DNA of 61,015 nucleotides, filler included, from Hausera hauseri (GCA_046269625.1; 10 parts of 10 records of this genome joined end to end with filler, not necessarily neighbours in it); one strand, 5' to 3'; positions 37,391 through 51,066 are shown, numbered from the whole stretch's first letter. Notes: generated by a model from the sequence alone, not told the origin. Numbers and translations: made by a program.

Positions 37391-39439
37391 CAAAGACCTA
37401 CTCCACCCTCGATTTATTTGAATTGATGCGTTTGAACAAAAGTGAATTTCACAAATAGGCGTATCGGTATTTATTTTTATCCCCCTCTGATTGGGTGAAT
37501 CCGTGATTATATTGTAACCCACTACTGGGTGAATTTGTGATTATTTTTTATCCAGGATTAGGTGAATTCGTGCTTTTTTTATCCCAACAAATGTCACTCA
37601 GGCCAAGGCCAATTAAGTATTACGAATAATGTATTTCAAACAACAATAAATTTTATTAGTGTTTTTTTAAAATGACTGGCCGATGGCAATCATACAGTCG
37701 ACACATACATTACGTTGCTTAAAGTTAAGTATTTAATTAAATTAAATGAATTTACAAATATTTTAAGAAACTGTTAGGAAAATGAAAAATAATTTCATTG
37801 AAACGAATGATTATAAAATAGTTATTTCGGAATATGAAGCACCTGAACTAATCTAATATCGTGCATGCAGAAAATATTTTAAGATTTTGCCACTACTCAG
37901 TTCTCTTTCAAACAACATAGAGGTTATTGATGAATTATGTCAAGGTTTAACAAAATCTCATATCACAGCATATGGATATTAAATATATGTGGTAATGCAA
38001 TCAAATTCATATTTTATTGTGGGGTCTTTTGGCAGTTTCAGACTCATAAAAGCATGGCACATTCTGTAATAAACCATATAGATTAATTGAGTGTTTGAGA
38101 TCAATAGTGACTAAGGCTGACTGAATTCTTTCAAAAATAATATTTAGAGGTAATGTAAGTAGGTAGAAAAGAGCTCTCCACCGTACTTTTCTGATTGGTC
38201 CGCCTACCAGTTTTTCCCACTTGATTGCCTATTCTGAACATTTCACTGAAATTTTCTCACGACCCCCCCCCAGAAAGTGAGGTCGAGCAAAGAGGTTTGG
38301 ACCAGGTGAAATCGATAGCGCGTGTCGAGATGAGCAAAAGTTAACAGAGGTGCGGCTTACAGAAATGTAAGGGAGAGGCGCAAGAAGAGGAAGAAGCAAA
38401 ACAGGAAATTGTACACGTGTAACGCGAAACATGTAGCTAGAACTGAGGAAATGTGTACAAGGGGTAAATCGATATTGGCGACTGCAATGGACATTGTTGC
38501 AAGTCGGTCAGATCATGGGAATATTGGGAAAAATCGATGGGAAAATTTAAAATGGGTAAAATTTCCCCATGTTCAAGTTTGCCGGTGATTGAAATTGGTC
38601 TAATACACTGCCCATAAGACGAGGACAATGTCTTATTATAGCCTCTCGCGATCAGACTAATGGATCGGGGTGAAAAGTGCAACCAAACGAACGAACGAAC
38701 GAACCAACCAACCAACCAACCAAAAAAGCGCAATGACAAAATCAAAGTCAAAAATTGTCCTCTCCTAACCACTTACCAAGTGCTCAGATCGAGCTGAAAA
38801 TCAGTTTTCCCCACCTATCTCGCAATTCATAACACGTCACATGTCCTGCATGTCACCGGCGGAAATTGGCAGAGCTGGATGAGTCGACAAAAATTTTCTA
38901 GCTCGGCGAGAGTCGAAAAAGAAGCAAAAAAAGCAAAACAGGAAATGTTTTATGAGAAACGAGACACGAGTTACGAATTGTGCAATGTTTGGTGCCAATG
39001 TCAAATCAATGTCGCGGAATCGAATGCGCACAATTTCAATGCTGTCCGAAAATGGGAACATGGAGAAAAATTATGGGTAAATTACAAACTCTAAAAATCT
39101 CCCGTTGTTCAAGTCTACTGGTTGCGGAAATTGGTTGAGCACGTAGCTTATCAGTAGTTGAGCATTAAGCCGCCTCATGATCAGATCAATGGATCGGGGT
39201 GAAAAATACAACGAAAAAAGACACTGTCAAAAAGTCAAAATCATCACCATCATAATTATCGTTGTAAATGCGTTCGTTCGTTCATTCGTTTTGTAAAAAG
39301 TCGCGTGAATTTTATTTTGTACGATGAACTCATAATTGAGTACTACCACACACAAGGAGAATGGTTGTTGCATAACAAATTATTTCTCATGATTTTTTCG
39401 CTCTTTGGTACACAAAACAACAGCAATAAAATAATACAT

Positions 39440-39760
39440 ATATTTCACTAAAGTGCCTATAATGTTAGCTACAATAAGCAGTAATGTCCACATAGTACAT
39501 TCACTGGATTTTGATAATGAACTCGATTATATGCAACACCGCCGTTCAATTTGAGAAACTAACGATGACGGATAGTAAAATCTGAGAGGATCGAATATTC
39601 TGACGACGTTGGTTATAGGATGGACGTACACAGCAATCCAATGTTCGCCCGGCAAAGATGAAGTTTGCGTATTGACAATAAAGCCGCTAGTTTGTCGCAT
39701 ATCGCGTGGTTCACAGTCCAGTGGAAACGCCACGAAATTTCACGCTCAAGAGCAGTTTTC
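39440..39760 (-). pseudogene. Adenain-like cysteine protease (Polinton PRO)
   Basis: FIVNT..SLPGEHWIAV..IFDP and HYQNPVNVLCGHYC give the His/Asp/Gln/Cys catalytic set. Confidence 0.85.
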
Positions 39761-39869
39761 CGTAGTGACTGAGCTCGGTGGAGCTAAATGTGAAAATGTG
39801 ATTTAAGTATAATAGTAATAGTAATAAATTACTTCATATTACGACGGTGAGACTCAGCGGATTTTATTT

Positions 39870-40852
39870 ATGCAATAGCGGTTCCGTTTTTCGCTATTTC
39901 AACCTCGGCATCAAATACACCGTAAATGTACATCACGGTAGATTGCTCCAACGCTTTAGCAAAGTAAAACTACAGTCCCATATTTCGCTGCTGAGGTAGT
40001 TGGGTTTGTTCAACATCATAATCCGGAGCCAGCACGAAGGTGAAGAATGGATAGGTGGACTTGCACAAATCCATCGATATGCCATTGTTGACATTTTTGT
40101 TCAGCAAACCTATGTTACTCACGATAGATTGCATGTGTGAAAACGTAATCGCTTGTCTCAAAATCCTGCTTATATGTCTCAACGAAATCCGCATTCCAGC
40201 CCAAACTGATGTAATTCACATTGCTATGGGAAAACGTTTTCGAATCGGTGGTATAACTGCCCGTTTGTTCAGCAGTCGATTGAAATATAACGAGCACAAA
40301 TTTCGGAAATCGTATGTCGCCAAATAGTGCATCTTTGTAAAACATAGTTGATCCTTTGGGTATGGTGTAAAACACGAGTTTTGTGTGTTGTATCTGGTAA
40401 CAGGCATTTTTTCTTTTTCAAACTTAATCGATGTCCCATGAGCACAGACGGTTCTACTTTACACGACGTACGTATAATCGTGCATTGATAATTTTCAGTA
40501 TGGGTGTGAGATTTGCAACGGTGGTTTTCAAACAAAAGACATTGTCGCTGACTTTAAGCCGAATCATGGTTTTAACACCGGGAACTAGGTATTTCGGTTG
40601 AACAAAGGAGTCAAAGTACAGCGATCCACACATTGTAAGCGCTTTTGATTCTTCCACCCATGCCTAACGGTTTGCCGCTGTGTCGTCATATCCCATGGTT
40701 TTCGACAAATGAGTCGTTTTCGTGTCAGTACTGTAATTCAGAGCCGTTTCAATGAGTGCTTTTATACTGTATAGACTGGTGTTGCCTTCGATTTTGACGC
40801 TGTTTAGAGTCAGTGAAGCCTCCTGGAACAGTGTGAGAAAAAGGTAATTGGC
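39870..40852 (-). pseudogene. Polinton/adintovirus major capsid protein (double jelly-roll), frameshifted
   Basis: NYLFLTLF, KALIETALNYS, F.QPKYLVPGV..IRL, ARLYVRRVK, TIPKGS, GSY, FAKAL..YG.FD..EI; adjacent to adenain. Confidence 0.82.
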
Positions 40853-41410
40853 NNNNNNNNNNNNNNNNNNNNNNNNNNNNNNNNNNNNNNNNNNNNTTAA
40901 TTAATTAANNNNNNNNNNNNNNNNNNNNNNNNNNNNNNNNNNNNNNNNNNNNGATTGTTAGTATATGGTTCCATATTCCGGAAAGTTTTTAACCTTAGAT
41001 TTTCCCGGACAAGTGATTTAGTCTCCATATTTCGCGGTTCTCTCGGGAAATACAATATTCTGGGGTCATCCATGGGCAGTCGATAACACATTTTCTATGG
41101 GACTCCATAGCGTTTCGTTTCCTCATAGGGATCGTCTAAACTAATCGTCCTTTTATAGATTTCTGTCTGATAGAAGCTCATTTATTGTTTGTCACATTTT
41201 TCATAGACGAGAGCAGTAGGGGGTAGCATAGGCAATGGTGTTTAATGACAGAATACGCCTTATATCTGTCTATTCTTGCAAGTACTTCTCCTCCCTTAGG
41301 CTCGACATCATCTGAGTTATTTCCTCGTGTATCAGATTTTGTAATCTTCCGCTTGTATAAAAACATAGGTCTTCCTTTCCTTTTAAGATTGTGGTAACCG
41401 ACGTGGCGTT

Positions 41411-43270
41411 CTACGTCTGACTTCCATCTATTCTCTTCATATGTTTCAAGAACTTTCCAAAAGGCATTATAATTGCAGTTAGTATTTTACATGAAAATCC
41501 GGTCAACGTAAATATTTCATATCCATTTATTATTGCTTGGATGACGGCCTTAATCATTTTTATTAGGAAATATATCGCTAGAAATCCGGAAGCCGCTTGT
41601 CCGAAACTTAAAAATCTTCCCCAAATTTCATCGAGTATTTCCGTGGTTACTCGTTGGTAATGGTGTACTGCGAGCAAGGATTCCCGTTTAGCTTGATAGC
41701 GGGTGTCGTCCATTACGAAAGCCATGGCTCGATATAATTCATGAATCCGCTGTGGCAGAAAATCGCGAAATTGCCTGAAGGCTTCAATTTCTTTAGGCCT
41801 ATATATGCACTTTGACGAGATATCTTGAAACTTATCGTCGGTATTTCCTTTTGCGAGATTTGTTCCTGTTAATTTATTTAGAACGGTAGTAATGCCTCCA
41901 TTTGGTAAACTAACCCAATCCGTTTCACTCCGCCTAAACATGGGTTCTCCTAAGCTTGCTTTACAATCTTTAAGGATTGTCGGTTCAGTTGCATTACCTA
42001 ATAATACTCTAATGAGCGGCGTAGCTAATCTTGTAGTATTCTGGTAAATAACAGGAAGTTTCTGTATACAACGTTTTTCTTCAACGTTGATTGGTACATC
42101 TCGTTTCTCACATTTGTAAGTCAATAGGACTTTACCGGTAACTCTACCGAAAATTCCTTCTCTCATAGGAATTATTGGGGATGCCAACTCAGGATTAGCG
42201 TAAATAAGCGACAGTTTTGTTCTCATAATTTCCATACCCAATTTACAATCATTCGTTATCATTTTATGATATAATTCGGTTATTCCAACTTGTCCTTTGT
42301 AAGAGAAATAATTGTCTCGGTTTTTCAGGTAGTCCTCAATCCGAATATCATGCGTTTCTAGCTTGTAAGTCTTCTCATTTATTTCTGTTTCTGCGACGAA
42401 GAACGCTTCATAGTTGGTAGTGAACATCACTACTTCACAACAAGAAATTATTTCTTTTTTAATAAATTTTAGCCCATGCTGATCAGAGATTAATATAGTA
42501 GGCGTAGGATGTTCTGATACGTCTGCGCGTGTCCCTGAATTGGTATCAGATTTATCCACATATCGCTTTCCGGTGGTTTCACTAAATTTTAATTCTTTAA
42601 TCTTGATGAAATTACAGCTTCTTCCAGAGGGAGGTTCCAATATTATAACAGAACTTCTAAAAGCACAGGTTCCGTCTTGCAAGTGACATTTCTAATTTTT
42701 AGTTTATAACTTGGTGAGACTATGGAACATTACTTTCTGTGATCGCATCTCTGATTCTTAAAAATCCACGACTACCACATTTGCTTGTAATTCTTTTTCG
42801 ATGTCATATTCTGCTCCGTAACAATGTCCATTGTGCATATCTAACCTTCCGGCCACTACCTTGTACGCCCTAATTATCTTTCCTGGTTGCATTTCTAATT
42901 CCAGGAAATCCCATTGTACTCTTCCGGTTTCCTTAGCTTGTTTGCAATGCTGACATTCTAAGTTCATAGGAATTAGCGCAGTTGTCGGTTTAATTATTGA
43001 TGAATGCCCGTGTACTGATCCACAGTGGAAAATACTGCGAGATCGTCTCAACATACATTCCATTTTATCTAACGATATCAGCTCTTGTTGTTGGAACAGG
43101 AAATAATTTTTTTCTTTTGTTTTTATCTTGTGCGGTCTAGCATCTTCGCACACCTTCAGATCCAATAGGGAGTATCTCTGTCCCAATTTAAACTTATCTC
43201 AGTCGTAGACGGTAACTGCACTTATATGTTTTATTAACATCATCAAGGTGAATAGGCTGATTAACCAATT
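41411..43270 (-). pseudogene. Chuvirus-like glycoprotein, second divergent copy
   Basis: Signal WLISLFTLMMLIKHISA|VTVYD*, YSLLDLKVC, FHCGSVHGHSS, AGRLD.NGHCYG, LYHKMITNDC, LPVIY, WGRFLSFGQAASGFLAIYFLI. Confidence 0.85.
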
Positions 43271-43983
43271 TGATTCATTTTTCCGATAGCCAACATCCGT
43301 CGTTGTCAAATTACGCAACATATCATCACGTTTATTACTGGTCCGCCTGTCTTTTCTTTGTCATATAGCCTTGACCAATTTACTTCGCATGGCAATCTTC
43401 TTGCCGTTTTTCGTGCTAAACTTATAGATCTATTGACTTCATTCTCTCGATTAGGGTTTATTTTGATAGCTAAGTAGAGCAACATTTTTCTCAATTCCTC
43501 ATTGGTGTTTTCTACCATTATCTTTTCAATTACCAATTCATCGGTTAAGTTACTTTTTGACAGTTTAAAACATGAACTCCTCATCGTTTTAGCTGCTTCG
43601 AAAATTATCCTTTCTTTATCATCTAATACATCACCCCGAAGGCTCGAATAATTTACAATTCGTATTAAATTCTTCATTAACTCACTTAATTCCTCATTGT
43701 TTGTACTGAGAGTCGGAATTGACATCTGTCTCAGTTCTCTAATCATTTTTCCATTATAGTCAACTTTTTCTCGTGTCTTTTTAGGCCTACCGACTGGACG
43801 TTTTAGTCTCGGCCCTTTTGTTGTTATTTTGCTCAGTGGTACTAGGTTTATATCGTATTGTTCCTTGTCTTCATCCGTTTGTAAATACTTGAAATACATT
43901 GCAGTGTCTCGAACTCCCATAATCTGTCCTACACATTGTTCTGTCCTGGCCTTACACATGGCTTTTTCCTTTGTCTGCTCGTT

Positions 43984-44205
43984 AACTATCGTTGCTACTA
44001 TCCGATTTATTTCGACAGTGATAATCCCGATATCTATTAGTTGTTCTGGGTCGTCGAGTATTCGACCTCTAAAGTAAAATCTGTAAATTAGCTTATTTGT
44101 TCCGCCATTGCTTAATAACCACTCTCTTACATCATTTACATAGGAATATGTAGTTAACTCACATTCTTTTTCGTCCATCCATTCGGAAAATACCATTACT
44201 TTTAT
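43984..44205 (-). other. Ubiquitin-like domain within the polyprotein (ORF 43306-44397)
   Basis: Gapless manual alignment to ubiquitin residues 1-61 with identities at V5, E16, V26, G35, R42, F45, G47, L50, D52, L56, D58, I61. Confidence 0.65.
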
Positions 44206-44397
44206 CGCTACCTCTGGTTTAACCCTTAAGAATTTAGCGTATTTCTTAATCAATAGTTTTGGGACCGTGCTATAAATCGTATTCTCACTGGATAATTTAG
44301 TTAATGTTGGAATACGTTGTCTTAACATACTTTCAGTAATGTTTACGTTAAGTAATTCGATTAACTCTTTTTCAGCTAGCTGCGAATCCAGAAGCAT

Positions 44398-46253
44398 CTC
44401 CGCATTGAATGTCCTGTTCTGCAGACATGTTTCTATCTCATTTAGTTATACTAGAGTCACGAGTTTTTCGGCAAGTATTGCGTAGAAGTATGCATCCCAT
44501 TCGGGTTCGTTTTCGGCGTCTGGAAGTCCATAGTCTACCAAGGCTGTATTCGTTTGTTTCACGTTTTCCCTCATTTCTTTTAGTCTCGGTTGTATTTCCG
44601 TCATCTATGTAGTTCGAAACCCTACACCGTTTCCAGAGGCACATTAAATCATTTTCAGTAATTCGCCGAATTCGTTAGACTCGAAGAGTCCTTTTTGGTG
44701 CTAATCTGTTAATTCAATAATTACATCTTTTTGCCATCTTTGTACGAATTCTCGTTTATTTTTAATGTCTGATTCGAAAAACGCATATTTGTTTCGGTAA
44801 ATTTCGAATTCTTTTGCCAGTTTATCTAGCCTCGTCGCATCACTAGTTCGGACCATTCCGACAACTGATTGGCGATTATTGGCTTTGCCATTATAGCCTT
44901 ATCTAACATCTTATATGCATCTTTTAACTCATCATCCGGCCCTCTTAGGAAATTCATAATCCGACCGACATAACTAAACTCGTCCTTATATTCGTCCAAT
45001 TCTACGATACAAGCCTTTATTACGTATTGAGTCTCCTCATGATTTGGAGCCATGATTCGATTTCTCATGCTGTAAATCTGTGCTCGTTTTTCATTTTCTA
45101 TCTTGATTCGATTTTCTAGGTTTGTATACTGTTTGGGTATCGCAAATGCGATTTTTATCTTCTGCATCAAGGGAGGAATATCTACTGGGTCTATACCCAA
45201 TATTCCCAAATCAATATTGCTTCGGTTGCTAACTGGTTTCTCTCTAAGTCGATTAATCATTGCGCAACGAATCTCATCCATTATAAGTTTTAAATTACGG
45301 GTTACTCTCTTCAGCTTCAGGTTGGCTTCTAGGGTGGACAAAAGCGTTTGAGCTTTAGTGACTTTTACACCGACATTCTCCTCGTTTTTACTCCAAATTT
45401 CCGAAAATTCAACTTTACTTTTACTCAGTGATTCTAATTCATGCTTCCATTTTAACAATGTTTCAGGTGATACTTCTTCCGGTTGTCCTAAGTCGATTGC
45501 TTAAGCAAGTTTTCCTTTACTACATAATTTCAAACTTTTGTATAGTCTCTCAACATACTGTTGTTCTTTTTCGGATATGTCCACTTGCTCGCTAATCTGC
45601 TTAAGCCTTTCTAAATTTCGTTGTAGTATTTCTGGATCGTGACATCAAACTCTTATTTTCTTTAACTCATCGGCGTTTTTCCATGAACTTCGGACTTTCG
45701 ACTTTTTTGGATCAAAATCGCCAATGTTCACCGTTTTTTCCTCACTAGTGGGAAGTGGGCAAATCTGGTTAATTTCATTAATTGACTCTGTAGATTCTTT
45801 TACCTCGATAGGCGTCAATGGACCGATTTCCAGTGTATTTAAACTATATTCTACGTCGCTTTCCATAACAATGTTCGTATTTTCCGTTTCTTCTATTTTC
45901 TCTCTAGTTACTGGTGAGAGTGAACGACTTCTACGTTTCGTTTTTAACCAAGGGCTACGGCCTCTATTTTTCGTAATTTTAAGTAATAATGGTTCTATAA
46001 ATTTTTTTTCTGCTGCTTCGTCATCCGTAGACTTATCTACCTTTTCAACTGTAAACTCAAGCTCTGCATCTAAGTCGACTTCTGTTGATGTGCTTGGTTT
46101 ATCAGATGGTTTATTGCTTGTCGGAACACTCTTTTTCCGTGTCATATCAATTCGCTTGGGTGCTATCGCATGTTCGCACTCGGTTTCTGGTTCTGCTAAA
46201 CCATGATACACTTCTGGTAGTCTTAGCTTATCTCTATATTCTTTTTCGGCCAT
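44398..46253 (-). pseudogene. Unassigned N-terminal polyprotein region (disordered then helical; candidate Gag replacement)
   Basis: ORFs 45645-46253 and 44826-45458 share a frame; charged, helical composition; no CCHC. Confidence 0.55.
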
Positions 46254-46889
46254 CAGAACTTGTGTATTGGTAGTTTCAGGCTAAACATGTAGAAATTTTC
46301 AAAAGTTTTTTATATTAATAATAATACCTGTGTCTCCACGAACTCCATATTTTGCTAGATNNNNNNNNNNNNNNNNNNNNNNNNNNNNNNNNNNNNNNNN
46401 NNNNTTAATTAATTAANNNNNNNNNNNNNNNNNNNNNNNNNNNNNNNNNNNNNNNNNNNNGATGAAGAAGAACCTGGAAAAAAAAACGCAGCTAAATTAT
46501 TCTAAGCAATTCTCTTGAGTAGTTTCATGTGTAACGTTCAACTCCTCTTTTTATGTGTTATAATAAATTATGAATGGCGACGATATAAATGGAAAAAAAT
46601 CGAATTCGTTTACATGTATAGAAAATAATTTTTCTTTTATTTACTATATATTAAGGTGTTTCAGAAATATGAAAATTTTTGATTTTGAAAAACTTCAAAG
46701 CTTTTCAGATGAAACTTTTTATGCACGAAACAGGTACAAAAAACGTTGTTCTGTACAGTTACAAAAAGTTTATAATTTTTATGTATTCAAAATACCTCTG
46801 TCCCATTACAGCGTGATGCACATAAAACAATAGCTAAACGGTAACATTTATTTGAAATATAAGTGGCTAACAGCTTATATCAATTTAAT

Positions 46890-47858
46890 TTACAACAAAT
46901 TATTTACATATCTAATTAGAGCATTTCGCAAACTTTCCACAGAACTGCATTTTGACATCTTTTCATCAGCCAGTCTAAAAATTCTCTTCGCAACTTCATT
47001 TGTTGGCGGTTTATATTCCACTTTTTCTCTTAGTCCGTACTTTGAAAGAATATTATTTGCACCTTCCGATAGGATTGTTAGCTTGATCCAGTCCACCACA
47101 TCTCGAACACCAAACCACATTGGAGCCCACTGATAAGCAATAAATTGGTTTAAAAATAAGAGACTTTCATCGTCATATTCCAGTACTAATTCTGTCATTA
47201 GTGAATATATGGCCTTACTGTTCCATGCTTGCGTGAAATTTTTATGTATCTCCTTTCTCCAGTCTGCTTCAACGTTTTTACAGCCTCAGTAAGTTCTAAT
47301 AGATAACGATAATCATCACGTCGGTGTTCATTGCATGGAAGATCTTGAAAATCATCAACTGGTGATCTTTCTGTTTTATATTTATTTCTGTAATGGCTGC
47401 ATTTTACTTGCAAAATTGTAACGAAATTATACGGAATATGTGGACTCGTTGTTTCTAATTTCATCAAAAAATACTGCATTTCGTGCTTTAGAATCAGACC
47501 TAGTACATGCAGTCTACACGGTTCAATAGTAATATTTGGAAACCGTTTTGTTATTATTGCTAATACTCCGGTTTCTGAGCCAGTATTTGTCAGAAACAAT
47601 TCTTTTGATGTCCCATTTGCTAGTAACTGATAGCAGAAATTCAGAAATTGTAGCTGCTTTCTTATTTGGCAGTTCTTCAATTTCCACTACTTTGTTATCT
47701 ACGCAAAAGCATATCATCTCTCGTTTCTGACCATAAATATTTTTATATTGCTTCATGTCAAAGTACAAATTGTGGTTACCAGCATTTAGTGAGACATCAT
47801 CAGAAACGTGCTCAGATGCCTTTCCTATGGCTCGTGATAAGGTATCCATGATGCCCAC
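46890..47858 (-). pseudogene. DDE DNA transposase remnant with C-x2-H motif (superfamily uncertain)
   Basis: Across frameshifts: LPNKKAATI, IVSD..NTG...GV, PCRLHVLGLILKH, RDDYRYLLEL, FIAYQWAPMWF. Confidence 0.55.
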
Positions 47859-49099
47859 CGTGAGCTTGGTCCATTTCGGTCGGGCATGACGAGGCGTTCC
47901 GTTATTGCCGTATCGGATCCATAGTTAGGCCCTATTCTCCGCCTCGGAGAGTTTTGCCGGCAGATTCACAAAAAAGAACTTTCTTATTCTATTTCCATCT
48001 TATAGCAATATTGAATAAAATTTTGAAACAATTGTTTTTGGAGTTATTTTTTAGTTGTTTAATTTGGATTTAATTGCGGATTTTGTCCGAATGATTGTAT
48101 TTTACTATTCACGACAATATTACTTTTGTACATTTCAAAAGTCCCCTTTACAGATAATTGATTCCAATGTTGGGAGGTATGAAGTTGTGTTTGTGGGCAG
48201 ACTGGCTTTCCGAACAATTGCTTGTACCAAAACAATTTTATACCTTAAAAATACTATATTATACCAAACAAAATAATACACTGCAAAGCTACAATGGTGT
48301 CAAAAAACCGAATCAGACACTTTCTGGCGGTCAGACCACCATTTCTGATACTTGCCGGCAACGTGCAAAACAGAACAGTACGCTACAAAGCGAAGTAAAC
48401 TTAGTATTTGTGCGTAGATCGGTTGTTGGTTCTTTTCGTAACATTTTTGGCAAAATTTTGAGTTCTTATTCTCGAGTTCCATTCTTACATTATTTTGTAA
48501 TATATCATTGTAATACTGTTTATCATTTTATTTGAAGTACCCATTTTACATTTTTGCGTATGTACAAATAATAATTGTCCGTTTTATCTACGAAATTCCG
48601 CACTAAAACGACACTAAATATACATTGCAACAATAACCAGCGAAACAATAAAAATCAAGAAGTTTCCTCAAAAATGTGAAATTATACACAAACGCATCAC
48701 TTAGACGTAAAGCGTATTCGAACACCGAAAATATATTTCATAATGTCATTCATTTTATGTCATAACAGCCGAGTACTCAACGAAGAACTTGTAGCCACGG
48801 GATGTATGGAATGTGCTTGAAAAGTTTTTTGCAATCATCAGAATAAAGTATCCTCACTGAAATGCACCAATAAATCACAAATACATTTATTTGCTGGCGA
48901 AATGGTAATATCGAAAAAAGTATAGGACCAAACGATAACATCAATAATTCGGACAATATTACCACGACACCAGCTGAACACGCTTAAGGGCCAATCAAAC
49001 ATAAACGATCTGTTGAAGCTGTTACGCTCAGTGCACTTCATCATTGAGTCCTAATAAAATTTAATGTTGTAACGAAACATAATAAACGACATATTTACA

Positions 49100-50380
49100 T
49101 TGCCCTCTACTCCGTCCGTTCTTTCCTAACTAAACCGCAGTTACAAAACAATCTAACTGGAAATATTCCAACTCGCTGACCCATATACACAGCTGTACAA
49201 CGCAATCCTCAAACTAAGTGAATCGTCCATAGATACAATAATCAAACCTTTCTTCAACGATAATGCTATAGGCAGCCAAAAGCCATCCGAGTTCTTTCGT
49301 ACCTAAATGAATCATTTACAAACTTTGCATGTCATCATGCACCCCAACTCTGATCTTTTGAGATGTTACTTTTTTAATGCTTTACCCAATCGACGGTACT
49401 GGATAAACTAGCCAAACTTGCAGATAAAACTTACGTGATTTTACACCTAAACACAACCTATTATTTCTGAAGCGCTTACATCTAACGACAACACATTAGA
49501 ACATTAAATACAACAGTTGCGATCCGAAAACGCGACCCTACATACTACAATTAATGAAATCTGTGACTCAACGAAAGAGTTCTGCCTCCGATCCCACCAG
49601 CTCTGTACCCAGAGACTGATCGCCTTCGCGATCGTTGATCTGTCTTTACCATGATATATTTGTTCACAAAGCACAAAAATTTCATCTTTGGTGCCGATTT
49701 TACACCCAAAAGTATCAAAATAACAACGCTATTTGCATCTATCACGCAAAATTTAAGAACGATGCACGTAAATGTATCCTTTGTTGTACTTTTAGAAGCA
49801 GCACACAGCATATGAATGACGGACGTTCTATCTGGTCTTCTAACAGCCGTCCAAGTATACTGTTGCAAAAACTTCTCCTCCTGAGCTTACGGCGAGTCTT
49901 GTCGAAGGCCGTTCTTCACTTTTTACCAATCGACAACTTTCTTTTTCCGAAAACTCGTCAGAGATTTCCTCATCAATACAGGTGCAGCAATTTCTTTACA
50001 CCAGCTCACCTTCCAATTTCAACACGCTTCATTCAAAAACAAACCTCTTTTTACAGCTTCCGGTACATCTAGGCTTTCTTTTACCCTTCCAAAATTTACT
50101 TCAATATTTCAGTGGACATCGAAAAAACTACAGTTACCACACCTTTCGGCCTTTATGAATACTTGTACATGTCCTTCGGTTTGCGAAATGTCGCAGAATT
50201 TTCAGCGACACATTGACTCGATACTTTCAAATTTCACGTTTGCCCATCTTTACATAGATGACATCCTGGTCGTTTCGTCTTCAACCAAGCAGCATGAGGA
50301 ACATCTCCGTGCTATTTTCCAACGACTCAATCACCATAATCTTCAAATTAACTTCGAAAAATGTCACTTCTTCCAAAAGC
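49100..50380 (+). pseudogene. CsRn1-like Gypsy remnant (gag with two CHCC knuckles, PR and RT fragments)
   Basis: ICLYH..F..AQK and ICIYHAKF..ARKC..C; FLINTGA; TPFGLYEY..FGLRN; YIDDIL. Similar to the 12760-16775 element. Confidence 0.8.
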
Positions 50381-51022
50381 TGTTAGGGATTGTATTCTCA
50401 AACTTAGTTCGAGAAAATTGTTGTACTCTATTGCTAATAGTGATCGACAAATTATTTTACTAATTATTTGACTTACAATACAATTTTTATTATTTTGTTG
50501 GTTTGTCTCTCCACCAAGGCGGGATTATGTGTTGGGTTAAGGTTAGCCGTTGTAATCTTTTATCACTCTATTTAGGGCAACAAACCTCCCCCCTTCTCTG
50601 TGCCCTTCTCTCTTCCTTATTGTTCTTTTTAGTGCCTCTTTCAGTTCTGTTGAACCCGATACGCTGCACTCAGGCTTCTATAAATATATTCAATATGTTT
50701 CTGGTGCCTCGTGCTTCGTTTTCTTTCCAGAATCAATGCATATCTACATTTCCATCCAGCTGCTGACTGTCAATGTGGCAACGCTCAATGGGGGCGAGAA
50801 TCAGATTGGTACCAGTGTAACTCAGTACCCTGGCTGTTTTGATTCAGCTGTACACACATTACAGCAGCAGACCAACAGCCCTGTCTGCATTATTACTGTT
50901 GATGGATGTGTCCTATCTGAAGCATCCCTCTGAAGTATCAAGAATCGCTGACCTGTCTTTGTTAGACCTGGCTGGCCACAGGATTTATGGGCTTAATCTG
51001 GTTATGGTCTGCTGATGAAGCT

Positions 51023-51024
<2 letters not shown>

Positions 51025-51066
<42 letters not shown>

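Larger units (their letters stand above)
40953..46253 (-). mobile_element. Retroelement copy C: 5' part of polyprotein (N-terminal region, UBL, AT-hook, glycoprotein, linker); contig ends just before the expected protease
   Basis: Colinear with copy A from nt 1 to ~2960, including the post-TM linker (LDDPYEE/LDPVDEY, PRILYF/PRYVVY, NMEPY/NLTPY). Confidence 0.8.

Noticed and set aside
45724-46206. Antisense ORFs (e.g. 45724-46206, 6194-6691, 1291-1596)
   Set aside because: Shadow frames of A-rich coding strands with no motifs.
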